64,000 nt of DNA from Octopus bimaculoides (taxonomy: Eukaryota): the NCBI RefSeq assembly GCF_001194135.2, contig NC_068987.1, forward strand, positions 99,057,830 to 99,121,829. The letters are read 5' to 3'. A model generated the notes under the pieces. It had not been told where the DNA came from. It did no database searches and saw only the letters and a list, made by a program, of their open reading frames with translations. Made by a program: the position numbers and the translations under genes. Within the stretch, counting starts at the first letter, position 1. Each line of letters opens with the position of its first letter. This document shows, piece by piece, positions 25,371 through 38,438 of this stretch.

Positions 25371-28300
25371 AGTATGAAATATAAATCATTGTTAATATAA
25401 AAGATAAAATTTGGGCATAATTGCATATTTAAAACAATGTGTTTGAAACATGTATGATAAATCTACACAGATATAAGTATGTGTCTGTGTGCTTATGTGT
25501 ATGAGTTTATAGTGTGTATTGGTGAAAAACAGATGCAGTGAACGATATTCAAAGAGACATGAAAAATGTATTTTTAATTGGCAGAACAAGAATGTGCTTG
25601 TTTGAGAAAATTACTGTGTACTACGCTTCCTAAAACTATAGACATACTAATCCAGAACAGAGTTATAGATGACGTTCTATTAACAACATAATTTAGTGTA
25701 TAATCAGACCTAGCGTCTACCGCCCTTACATAATATTATCCTATTTTAAAATTATTATTGTGAAACATAATACGAAGGATCTTTCATTTAAAATCTTTTT
25801 TTTGTTCACTATTTCGTTTTTAGAATGCAGTGAATTAGTAAAATTATTAGAATTGTTGGAATCAGATTTTTCTGCTTAGTTAAATACTTTCTGAGATTGA
25901 AGCTCAATAATTGCGAATTTTTTAATCAATTATATAAAAATAAGAAATAAACATATACTAACTCCATTTGTATTGAATGCGACATCTTTAAAATTTGTAT
26001 GGTCTGCAGCTTATATCCGAAAATATTTGATTTATAACCTTCCTAAACAATATGATTGCATGCAAAGTTGAGTAGATTTTGTTTTCGTCCAAAATCCAAA
26101 GATTTACAAAATTCAGATTTTCATATTTTTCATTTAAAAAAATAAACAGTTTTTTGCATAACCGATGGTGTAATTAAAGTTTGTGATTCAGTTATTCTTT
26201 ACAATAATGAAGCACATTTTTTTATATACATTTTTCATTTCATTTTATCTCAGTACATGGTTACCCGTAATATATATTTTCCAAGTGCTGATACCACATC
26301 CGATTTTTCTTTCTTTTTAATAATATCTTTATGAACATGAATATTGTTTCGATTTTTAAAAATAAAGTTAAAAGTTTCGAAGGTTTATTCGACGCCCCTG
26401 GCATTCACAGACCCTAGAAAACTAATAAAAATTAAAACGATGACATTCAGTGAGAAGATGTATAAAGCTACAACTCCAGGAAAGCCTGGATGTGAAAGGA
26501 ATTCTAAACGGATGACGTTCTGACATAAGAACGGGACAAATCAAATAGGCCTTTTTTGTGAATCATTTCTGCTGTTTGTCTAACCAAAGTTCTACTTCAA
26601 AAGCGATCATAGCATCGTACTATGTGTCAAACTTCACATGTCTGAAGATAAAGTACTTTGTGACTGTAGAGGATTTTGGTAAAATGATTTACGCATTAAG
26701 AATACGAAATCGCTTTGACAATTCTCTGAAATTATTAAGTTATATCTTTGTAGCAAGTAATTTGTCGAAGACGAAGAAAGAAAGAAAATATATAAATAAA
26801 TAAATAGCTGAAATGAAATAATGTATTCTTTGAGTGCTCAGTTATAGCTAATTGACTGTGATTGACATTAAAGGAAATGGATTTGCTGTGTTCCAATTCG
26901 AGTATACTCTTCGAGTATGCTCTTAGTGTAACTTATATAATGTATCTACGCTACATATAGATATCAAATGTGTAGGTTTGATGTATATCTGCATAAATTT
27001 CAACATTGTTAGTGGTGCCAACAAATAAGTTATGGATACACAGAAGCACGATTAAAAGTAAGTATGACTCAAGAAAGTCAATTTTCGTTTAAGAAATTAC
27101 AGTTTTCTATTTTTTCCGTTGGTATAATTACCAAATTAATCAACGCTGATGCTTTCTGTAGGTGTTCATGTCTTCGTGTATTGCGACTCTGAAGCATAAC
27201 TCTCATACATCACATAGAACTGCAACAATGTTCATATATGCGAGTACTGATACTTTCCCTTACTTAGCGGGAATGGTGTTACTTTTCTGAGTGAGGGTAG
27301 CATACTATTTATAGTGCTTTATCGTTTATAAATTTAATTGATCAAAGTAATATTTGTAATTTTTTCCTGTCGGTGTATCAAGTAATTTTAAGAATATTGA
27401 TTCTTTACAATATTCGTAAAGTTATTAGCTGTACTGACGAGAACATTAAAAATAGGTTGCGCATTGATTAGATTACTCGATTAACCCTCGGGAAAGCACA
27501 AATATGCATAAAATTAAAATAAATGCCAACGAGAAAACTGTAAACAAAATTGATCAACGAAAATTAAATAGAATGCCCAGTTTGTTAACCCTCACACTAG
27601 AAAGTCTCAATAAGGATGTTTATAAATAATTTGCTGGGCAGAAATTAAATTGGACTTAAACCCAGGTAGGAAAATATTATTTGTTAAATTATTACATTTA
27701 CTAAAACATTTTTCAACAAAATTTAAGTATTGTTTTTGTTTCGCCAGGTTTACAAAACAAACTATTTCTACGACCCCTAGCAAATGAACATTAGGAAGAC
27801 ATAATCAAAATGTAATCACACACCATTTATAAAATATAGGTCTTCGAGGACGCAATCGAAGTTGGAAGTGTGAGTTGATTATCAGTTTCTCAGTTAAAGA
27901 AGAAAAGTTTAGTGAAGATACTAGTTTAGCAAAATATACACGTGGCACTCACTTTCTAGTAATTTGCTGACATCAAATACAATGACACTGTTTTCAAAAT
28001 GTCCGTGAAATCATGTATATATGTATGTCAAAGAAGTACATGTCTTCAGGAGTAAACCAGATATTTTTCTCATAGAAAGGATTCCCTCTATAGCAAGAAA
28101 CATGAAGAATATTATAAGAATAGGGATTACGTCAGAATTGCCAATTTTTCATGCTATTAAACCAACAGTGTTAGGAAAAGGAACGTTTTTTCTTCCAAGT
28201 GATTTAAGTGGATTTTGACCTTAGCCTGATATTGTACGAAATAGAGGTGCTCGTGGAATGTAGAGAGACAATTTCGGCGGATTTTGTGAGTGGAGTTTCC

Positions 28301-28777
28301 ACTTGATGCAAATTTCCTGAAAACATAGATGAGTAACCAGCGCATATAATTTGGACAGATCACATCATTATTGAGAGAATGAATAGGAATATTTTGTAAA
28401 ATATAAATCCTGGAGATCCTGCATTTTGAGATCAAGGATATCTTAACCTTTTGCACAACCGGTTGGTGCAAACCGACTACTTTGATAGAGATTGGTGTAT
28501 CCTTCCAGACCTTATATACTCTATATAGTCTATATTATGTAGCCTAATAGAATCTGAACTACATATGGTAGAAGAAATGCGATATAGGACTAGATATATA
28601 AATGATATGATTTATCGAATTTATTATGCAATAGTCCGGCCGGAGTATCAGTATAACATCATTTTCATATTTACGATTTAGTTTAATGGTAATGATCTCA
28701 AATATTTTTTTGCTCCGAAATTTTTGTCGGAAATAGAACCAGCGAAGTTTGTTTATTTAATGGGTAATCAAGTATAC

Positions 28778-28846
<69 letters not shown>
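28778..28846. repeat. (CTAT)n microsatellite
   Basis: Direct reading. Confidence 0.95.
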
Positions 28847-29009
28847 CATGCATATGTGTATGTATGTATATATACATACATATATATATANNNNNNNNNN
28901 NNNNNNNNNNNNNNNNNNNNNNNNNNNNNNNNNNNNNNNNNNNNNNNNNNNNNNNNNNNNNNNNNNNNNNNNNNNNNNNNNNNNNNNNNNNNNNNNNNNN
29001 NNNNNNNNN

Positions 29010-29051
<42 letters not shown>

Positions 29052-30299
29052 GGAGAGAATTTATTTTTTGAAAAGAAAAAAGATTAAAAAGTATATATAT
29101 TGACACACATACTCCAATACATATAAATACACACGCACAAACAGACGCATATGCACACACGCACTCACACGCCAACAAGCACGCACACATACCCTGAAAG
29201 CACAAATGAACTAGATTTTTAAGTATAAGGAGCCATTCATGCAGAGAAGAATTTAGACCTGTAAATACAAATCGTTAACGTCAATTCCGTATAAACGAGT
29301 AGCTAGATCTTTAAGTTACTTAGAAATAAATACAAAGTTACCCACTTATTTTATAGGCCCGAGAACTTACTCTGATAATACAGATATGTGGAGGAAAGTT
29401 GATCTGATATTCAATTAGTAGAGTTAATTTCCTACAGAGATTCATAATATTGATAAACTGATAAGTGATACAAACAATTATTCATGTGCTTGTGGCCCGT
29501 ATATTATGTAATTCTCTCGTATTTGAAGAGCTGGATCAAACCCTAAAATCTATTCATGCCCATAATCTAGTTATTGAGTTAATTGAATGAGAACAGGTAT
29601 TATATGTAATCTGTTATTATTTAGGATAATGATTAATATAGGAACGAAGGTTATTAAACTTATAAATGTAAGATCTTTAAATTAATACCATTGATCGGAA
29701 CTAACTAAATACCGTATTAATTTATCTTAACTAGTTTCTACGTTGACAGACAATTGTTATCTTCTATATTGACGCTGATATATACATTAAACCGAAATAA
29801 TATTTCTGTCTCCTTTACTATTACTTCAGAAATACGACTTATACCGAGTTCTTACATAAGCTGAAGGTTCCTTCCACATAATTGGTGTGTGAAGAAGTCA
29901 ATCACACTGCCTTACTACTACAGAATTATGAAAGACGACTCAGACCGCAGTGGGATTTCAAGTCAAAGTTAAATTTACGATGTTTGACATAAATTATCTG
30001 AAATCTTTACATTCCATGCTAGTTACTCGTTTCCAATTGCAACCTTGTGACGGAGCTTGATGGAAATTACAAACAATTTTTCCACAAACCACAACCCTGA
30101 CTCTTCAAAATGAAACGATATATTGAGGGATGTTTTGTTTTCTCGCTAAAGCATACCAGAAAAGTTAAAATAGAAAACAATTGAACTTGGTTATGATATC
30201 TTTGAAAATTGTTTAGCTGCAGTCGCTTTAGCATTGCATTTAAGAACAACAACAAAACAATAAAATAACGACAAAGCAACAACCAAAAAACAAAACAGC

Positions 30300-32000
30300 A
30301 ATAATAACGAATATAATTCTATATCGCCGCTACATCTCAGGATTAAAAGAAAAGAAGTACTAGTTTTGTGAAGATTTAATCTGTGGCGGCTTTCTAGGAA
30401 TACTCAGTAATCGGCAATTTGCATTTCCCTATCATCCACTATATGTTGCTAGCTCCATATTCATCAATTATCCTTTTAGGTAGAATCTCCTCATATGTAG
30501 CACGCATTCCCATGCCCAATCAATATTTTCGCCTCATTTTCACAGAGGGAGCTTTATTTCGCGCGCTGATTCATTCCGTTTAAATTGTTGTCCCTGCCGC
30601 ACTCCCAGCTATATCAACCTTCAACATCTGATGGATAACCTCTCTAAAGGTATGCCGCTCTTTTGTGAAAAGTAACGCTCACCAAATATTAGTATCATTG
30701 CAATATATACAAAGGTTTATTGAACCCAATTAACGGAATGTAATTAGCATTAGTGTAAATTATCATGGATGGGTCAAGGGAGATAATTCCTTACATTACA
30801 TTCAACGAAAACTTTAATGGGCATATGTAGTGGTGAGTCGTAGTTTTTCTCAGCGAAACCAACAAAATAACTAATTGATATAGTATTATTATATTCAAAT
30901 CACTTATGAAGTAGGTTAAAATACTGACATTGATCTGTTTCCCAAGGGACGTTTTTGCATGGAGAACATTCAGTTCCCTGTACACACTGGGAATTAAATT
31001 TTAAAAAAAGAGGGCACCCCTCTTTTTTCTCAGGGATAATTCGTAAAGCGCTAGTAGAGACAAAGACACTGGGGACGGCTTCTGTATTACTAAAATATAA
31101 ATGTTTAAAATTCAGGCAATTTTTGATCAAGTCAAGATCATGGTGTTTTACATCGGCTTCTATTCTACTGCCTGTGGTGGGCTAATTTGTCTTCTGTATC
31201 TCTCCGGGATGAAACTCTGATCAAGGTAACTCCTCCTATAACAAGTTACCCGGAACTATATATCAATTTCGATATCAGAAAATGTTTCCTAATATCCCTA
31301 CGTTCATCCCTAAGGTTGGGAGCAATTATTTATCCACACGCATTCTAAACATATTATCTCAAATCTGTACTGTTTTGATCAGAGACGTAGAAGCATTCTC
31401 GAACGGTGACATGTGAACCTCGTCATTTTCATTTCCACAAGCACATGTCTGCGTCACTGCGCTTCTTGCTAACACCGATGTACACAAATCCCTTTAGACT
31501 TAAAACTCAAGCGACAACAATCCTTACTTTTGTAACCAACGTTCATCACCACAATCACCGATGTTTTTTCCAGACGATTTTAACTTCATTAAGTCTCAAA
31601 TGCTACACCACAACGACTATATTTTACCGCTTGACGTGAAAACACCTGAATTCCAAGTGTTTATTGCCTATCAACAAAGGATTAATGAAACTAAATTAAT
31701 ACTAAACAACACCTGAGTCAACGCTACTGTTACCAAAATATTTCCGAAGAGGTCAAAAGTTGCCATTCAATTACATTGTCTTCCGTTCGTCAGTAACAAT
31801 TTTAAACAAGAATCCAACTGTTGTACTGTGAGTTCTGAACAGCTGAAAAGCATTGGATTTTAAGAGCTTGTTAGTGGCACCCAGCTTCCACCAAACAGGA
31901 CCAGCGCAGAGACATGTGCTTTCCTGTCGCCCTCCATATATAGAATCATTTCCCCATCACGCTACGCAATAGCGATAAGCAAGTTCACTTTATTTTAGAA
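30300..32000 (-). mobile_element. Highly decayed Penelope-like element
   Basis: Minus-strand remnants in PLE order: DVKHHDLDLIKNCLNF (cf. YIKDS.HAL..F..FNF), FLKFNSQCVQGTECSP (~31010-30960, cf. FxFNxxxYxQxxGTAMGS), RGYPSDV (30643-30624, cf. RGYP). Confidence 0.5.
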
Positions 32001-32712
32001 CGTCAAAACATCGATTTACTTTAATACCCGTATTTCACCGGCAATCGCTTATTTTTACATGTTTAAGATGGTTAATAATCGCATCAATCTCCCCGTTATT
32101 GGATATGCATATCTGCTCTTTCTTTCTTATCAAATTTGAGTGCGCACAAAATTTAAACAACCGGTTTAATTCCTTCTTGACCGTTATAGATTACAGAAAT
32201 AAAATATATGCTATATAGATTCCTGATACAATAGTATAGAATGTAAACACACGCGATATCAACATTCTTCCCGAAAACAACCATTGGGTTACTGCATTAC
32301 TCGAATATATGAAAAAGATTGCAGGACACGTAAGACTGGATTTACATGCAAATTATGACAGCAACTTTTTCTCGGACATACCACTTTTATACGACTTTTA
32401 GTCTCCACAACTACTAATCAAGGGTGATTTATTTTATAAGCCTAAGCAACACACACATACTCACAAGCACACACACACAAACACACACACACACGCACGC
32501 ACACACACACACACACACACACAACGCACATACGCATGTACGCTCGCATAGCACACAAGCAAGCACACACCCATATATTGATTTATAGACGTGTATATAC
32601 ATACGTATATACATACATACATTCTCACAACGCATAAATACACACGCACACACACACACACCCACAAACATATATATATATGCCCACGTATCACATATAC
32701 ATATATATAGAC

Positions 32713-32771
32713 ACATGTAGATATACACATGTAGATATACACATGTAGATATACACATGTAGATATACACA
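32713..32771. repeat. 14-bp minisatellite (ACATGTAGATATAC) x4
   Basis: Direct reading. Confidence 0.9.
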
Positions 32772-33920
32772 AATATATACGCGTGTCGATTTCTGCAAGC
32801 GTGTCTGGGTGTGCATGTGTGTGTGTGTGGGGGGGGATGTCATGCCAATTATGCATTGTTTACATAGATTACATAACAGGAATTAATCGTACAGTGTTTG
32901 AATTTATATAACTCACAAATCTCACAAGTCTATAAATGCATGAATGCAAGTTTGGATAAATTAGTAGCCATTTCAATACTTCTTACAGAACATAAGAGGG
33001 GGGAATTCTTAGAGGTCGTTAAAATGGCTAAAATGAACGTCTACATTTCCTTCAAATCGCAAAATCCTATCGTCTTAACGATCCTCAGTGATCACATTAG
33101 ATAATGTAAAATCTCCAGATGACGAGGCTGAATGCTCTTTATCATAAATCTGTTAAAATATGTCTCATTTGGAATCAAAAAAATTTGCGACAAGTTTTCT
33201 ACTGTAGATGTGTGAAAGCTTTTGGATTTGACTGTTAGGTTGCAGCAAAATGTAGCTCTTGGAGGAGAAATTAAAAGGATAAAAAGGGTAACGATTTTAT
33301 TAACAATATGAATGCTAAGCATATGAGGTGTGTCAGAGTTTGTACTCAGAGATATTAGGGAAAGACCCATTCACATGTTTTACAGATCATTTCTTTTATT
33401 ATTGTCTGGTTATAGTTCGTATGATATCACTAATTATCTAAGGTATGATACACTAATATAACAGTGGATTTCGCTAGCAATTTAATAGTCATTAAGTCTT
33501 GGGAAGAAATGTGCGTTGTACCGTTCATAATTTTTATGATTCTAGGAAGCTTAACATAACTGAAGATAATCGATTCCGATAGGGAATCAAAACCTGAGAG
33601 CAGTGAAGGACTTACTACGCAGCATTATACGAACTATATTTTATTTCTGCTATTTCCGTGCCACAGTGATTAACATTGACACGCTGGATTTAAATAGAGA
33701 ACATATAAACGTAAACACTCTACTTCAGGATAAATGTAAAGTTAGCAGAGTTTTAAATGTACCCGAAGGAATTTAGAATAGGAAACTAAAGTACCTTGGA
33801 TATGGCCACATCATTAACTATTACACTCAATAACTGCCATTTCTGCGTACTAAAGGATTAATTTGTTTTAGAATCACATAACTAAAATGATTTCTACTAA
33901 AATGTTTATAATATCTCGTT

Positions 33921-33936
33921 AATAATAATAATAATG

Positions 33937-34027
<91 letters not shown>

Positions 34028-34050
34028 TGATGATGATGATAATAATAATA
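33921..34050. repeat. (ATA)n/(ATG)n microsatellite
   Basis: Direct reading. Confidence 0.97.
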
Positions 34051-34439
34051 TTTAAATACTTCACTACATCACGTCTTCTTTTTTTCTTCTTGTTATTGTT
34101 TCGTGTAGCACTATACTACATACGGTCATTCGTTCGAGGCAAAGATGCTATATGGAGCTATGCAGATATTATGCAGTTCAATTCACAAAGATTTACAATA
34201 CGTGCCGAAAACCTCGAAAATATAATTTATCATTACAGAAAACGATTCTCGTGAATAAAGTTCATCATATATTACTTAAAATAAAACATAGCAAAATTAT
34301 TTACTTATATCATATTAGTGGAAGTGTGAATAATGTCTAATTTCGGAAATGAAATATGCGTTTTTTCTTTTTGTTTTCTTTTTAACCAATCCAATACTAC
34401 ACGCCAGAAATTACTCATTGTATGGTTCTTCAAACTTAA

Positions 34440-35420
34440 AGGATGAGAAACTGTTTCTTTCCGAATCACCACCTTTTTGCAAAATCAAATACGTATTCCG
34501 TAATGTATTTATGTAAGCATGACACTGTACCATATCCATATCTTGGCACATATACTCAGTGCCCTAAGGAGAATTTTGTCATCACCACGTCGATTTAATC
34601 GTTTCCCACCTCTACTCGGCCTCGTGCTACGTCTCCGACCGCATGCATTTGGCTTTCATGCTAAGATATGAATGTCCAGGTCTGCCTTCATAGTTTGCAG
34701 CTGGTCTGTTTTTTTTTTATAAGTGACGAGTACAAGATCATGCGGGAATGGATGTGGTTAGTTGCTCACCATTGATGTTCACCTTTTCTGTCCAGGCAAA
34801 ATCTCTGATGGCCATTTCTAGACATGCAGTAATGAGATTTGGTGAGATGATATCTCCTGGCTTGGAAATTTTACTGATTGTGAAAATAGAAGTATATTCG
34901 TTGTACATCCAGAGTTCGCATCTCAACATTTTAATGTATTGCGCCTCGACACACGCATTTCCAAGCCTGTCAACGCTACGTTCATTTACACAGTGTAAGC
35001 TTATATTCATACTCTCGCTTTAGGAGCGTTGTGAGAGGGGATATCTGGTCTATCGTAATGCAGTTCGTACATGAACCTAATTTCTGTCAAAGCTATTGTT
35101 TATCGAGGTGTTTCCATAGTCTGGTGATAACGGACTTTGTAAAGAGCTAATAGATAGATGTAAGGCAAGAGGCATAAGAGGCAATAGTCTTTTAATATTC
35201 TTTATCACCCTTCTCTTGAAGCAAGATGGTTTGTGATGATCCAGACGAAGCTCCTTAGAGTTATGGCATCTCAACAGAGATGTTAAGATGTGGCGGTGAA
35301 GAACAAACCTGGGTAATACAATTTCATAACTCTGCTCGATTATTTGTAACTAGAAAGTAAATCCACCGTATAGGATACCCATTTTACATTCAACTCTAGA
35401 ATACCAGGGATTTCTAGGCT
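34440..35420 (-). mobile_element. RTE-clade LINE reverse transcriptase fragment
   Basis: ORF 34738-35010(-) reads KPGDIISPNLITACLEMAIRDFAWTEKVNINGEQL (cf. RQGDTISPKLFTACLE...WEEKGININGE). ORF 35077-35274(-) has KNIKRLLPLMPLALHLSI (cf. KNYRPICLLSHIYK). Confidence 0.85.
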
Positions 35421-35599
35421 AAAATTTAGTATTTGTAAAAGGGTTTATTAAGGGAAATATTCTGTTAAACTTCTGAAGATTAAGTGCTAATGGGCAACAT
35501 GTGCATAGAATATAGTTTTAGGTTTTTGACTTTCTGAGTTCACTAATGCATCTAGGTGTAATGCATTAGGTGAAGAAAATAATGAATCATTTACGGGTA

Positions 35600-36100
35600 A
35601 ATGAGAGATGAAGAAAAATCAAGGAGACAGATAAGGGTTTTAAACTGAAGCCGGCATTAAAGCAGAAATCACTAAAGAACAATCATCGCTGTATAACGGC
35701 AGACAAGATGGCTCCATGTCACATGTTAATCATGTGCAAGAGATTATGTATGTTGAAGTGTAATAAAGGTTCTTTTTATCAAATATATGAATTATAAACC
35801 GGTCCTACAGAATAGGAACAGATATATAACAACAGTACGAAATATCTGGGAGAAGTACTATTAGAATCTAAGAGATATAAATTCAACAGCTGTTTGAATC
35901 TAAAGAGATTCAAGCCTTTGGAAACAAAAACCAAAGTGGGCCCAGAATTTTCTTCTGTTCGAAAAATGATTAACTATCCAAAACTAAATAATAAACTAGC
36001 ATCATGTCAATTCACTCTACAAATCTTTATAATAAAACTGGCATTGTATCAAGAAACTTAACCATGTATGTTTTTATTTTTTTAATTTCATATCCAGCGG
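35600..36100 (+). mobile_element. Possible Penelope-like remnant
   Basis: Only NNHRCITADKMAP (~35680, cf. IIIxPADKG) and A-rich coding-like composition support it. Confidence 0.3.
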
Positions 36101-36832
36101 CGCCAGAAAGTATTCTCCGTTCTAGAAAGCGTAAATTCAATAAAGAGGTAAATAAATACCAAAGAGAAACAGAAAAAAAAAATGATTGAATATTGTATCC
36201 TAACAAACATGAAAAAGACGTTTATACTGAAAAAAATCTATGAGAGTTGTAATCGATAAGATTTTAAGCCAATGACTAGTTGGATAAAATTCAAACTGGG
36301 CATATGTATGTATGTATTTATCAATATACGTTTGTAATGTATACGATGCAAGTATGCATTATAAATGTATATATGCATGTATATATACACATTCATCTTC
36401 ATACGTATATATATAAATGTTTATATATATATATATGTTCACACAAACGCACACATACAGAAACATACAACCAGATTCATTAGCTCAAATGCTCCGGAAA
36501 TAATGTAGGACTATATGCGTGCCCATGTATGAGTATGACTCTGAATGTACACATGAGCGTGTATGTATGCCTGCACACGTGTGTATGAATACTTGTGTGC
36601 GTGCCTGCCTGTGTGCCTACACAGGTTCACAGACAACTACAAACATACATGCGTACTTATTACATAAAATACATATACACAAAAATAGACTTCACACATT
36701 TATAAACACCCAATTTCAAACACACAGACAAATACAGAAGTATACAGATATGCCGGTATATGTCCTCTTGTGTAATATTATACATATATACATACATAGA
36801 TTCACAAATTTCTGTAAGTATATATACATACA

Positions 36833-36863
<31 letters not shown>

Positions 36864-36906
36864 TTCCCTTTGTTTAACGGTCATTTTAATAGCATTTTTT
36901 CGATGG

Positions 36907-36974
36907 CCACATAACTGAAGAGATGGTGGCGTGGGTTTCCTGCCCGACATCTGAAACTCGGAGTTTTATCATGG
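36907..36974 (+). ncRNA. Type-I hammerhead ribozyme motif
   Basis: CUGAAGA at 36915-21, stem II, GAAA at 36953-56, near-palindromic stem III ACUC-G-GAGU, GUU triplet at 36963-65. Stem I pairs AUAA (36911-14) with UUAU (36966-69), plus CCA/UGG. Confidence 0.65.
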
Positions 36975-37117
36975 TTACCGAATAATTATCACGTATTGTT
37001 TACATATATANNNNNNNNNNNNNNNNNNNNNNNNNNNNNNNNNNNNNNNNNNNNNNNNNNNNNNNNNNNNNNNNNNNNNNNNNNNNNNNNNNNNNNNNNN
37101 NNNNNNNNNNNNNNNNN

Positions 37118-37161
<44 letters not shown>

Positions 37162-37183
37162 GGTGTGTGTATGTGTGTGTGTA

Positions 37184-37216
<33 letters not shown>

Positions 37217-37446
37217 GTGTATGTTTGTGTGTGTAAGTGTGTGTATGTGCGTGTGTATATATATTAGGTGCTGTCTCGTATACATGCGAAGCCATTGTTG
37301 GGGATACTCAATGAAATGAGTATTTATTGATGCTACATGACGTCCTTGTATGATTCTTCATTCCGGACAAAGATCTGCACATTACATTGCATAATGCACA
37401 GCTGTGTTGACTCGTAGAATGAATAAGTGCAACAGTATGAACTCTG

Positions 37447-37505
<59 letters not shown>

Positions 37506-37669
37506 GTGTNNNNNNNNNNATATATATATATATATATATATATACATAAATGCGTATGTGTGCATATTAATATACATTTTATGTATATGTATTTGCATGC
37601 GCATTTGTTCGCAAAACCACGGGAACATGTGTGCGCATATATGTCTATATGATATATATATTTCATATT

Positions 37670-38068
37670 TTAATTGTTTCAGTCATTAGATTCAGGTCAT
37701 GCAGGCTTTGCACCTTGAAGTGTTTCTACTCGAATGAATAGATACCAGCACATTTTAAAAAAGTTCGTTAGTTATTCTATCGCTGTTTCTTCCGGATACG
37801 CTAAGTTACGTGGACGTAGCACACCAACACTAGTTGCTAATCGGTGGTGAGAGACAAAGAGAGAATCAAAGAATCCCACTCACACATATATAAAATTATA
37901 TACATATATACGACGGGTTTCTTTCATTTTCCATGTAATAAGTCCACTCAAAATGAAGTGGTAGGCTTGAGGATATAGTAGAAGACAACTTCTCAAAGGG
38001 CCAAGCTGTGGGACTGGACCCAGAACCATGTGTCTGGGATGCAAGCTTCTTACCACAGAGCTATAACC
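37670..38068 (-). mobile_element. SINE family B, full-length and diverged
   Basis: Head, core (GATATAGTAGAAGAC), internal repeat tract and tail (GTTTCAGTCATT) are all recognisable. Confidence 0.8.
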
Positions 38069-38164
38069 TCTACATAAATACACACATACACAAACACTAA
38101 GTTATCACCGTAATGTTCCCAGCGCATTTGAGTTCGGGTCTTCACTGGTCACTTGCCTACTGCG

Positions 38165-38420
38165 CATCGATGATAAACGGATTGTTCACACAGTATTTGT
38201 TCCTTCTAGTCAAATTGTTAACCAAACATTCTACTTGGCAGTTCTGAAGCGTTTCCGAGACACGTCAAAATGAAAACGTCCGAATGAGTGGAAATGTGGA
38301 CGGTGGTACTTTCACCACCTTCGCTCACCACCTTGAGTGTGACAGTTTTTAGACAAAAATGGCATGACTCCGTTTACCCACAGCTCCTATTCATCCGACC
38401 TTGCTCCTTGCTTCTCCCCA
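38165..38420 (+). mobile_element. Mariner transposase C-terminal fragment
   Basis: IDDKRIVHTVFVPSSQIVNQTFYLAVLKRFRD..KRP.EW...WYFHH, then a HPPYSPDLAP-like CCTATTCATCCGACCTTGCTCC. Confidence 0.85.
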
Positions 38421-38438
38421 ATTCATCGATATTTGTCG

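Noticed and set aside
27840-27869. 30-nt phase-0 exon candidate VFEDAIEVGS with GTGAGT donor
   Set aside because: The acceptor lacks a pyrimidine tract, the peptide is not recognised, and no partner exons were found.
28200-28500. NINPGDPAF*DQGY, reminiscent of the Harbinger/ISL2EU PGDxxxADxG motif
   Set aside because: Single weak motif with no supporting neighbours; needs a profile search.
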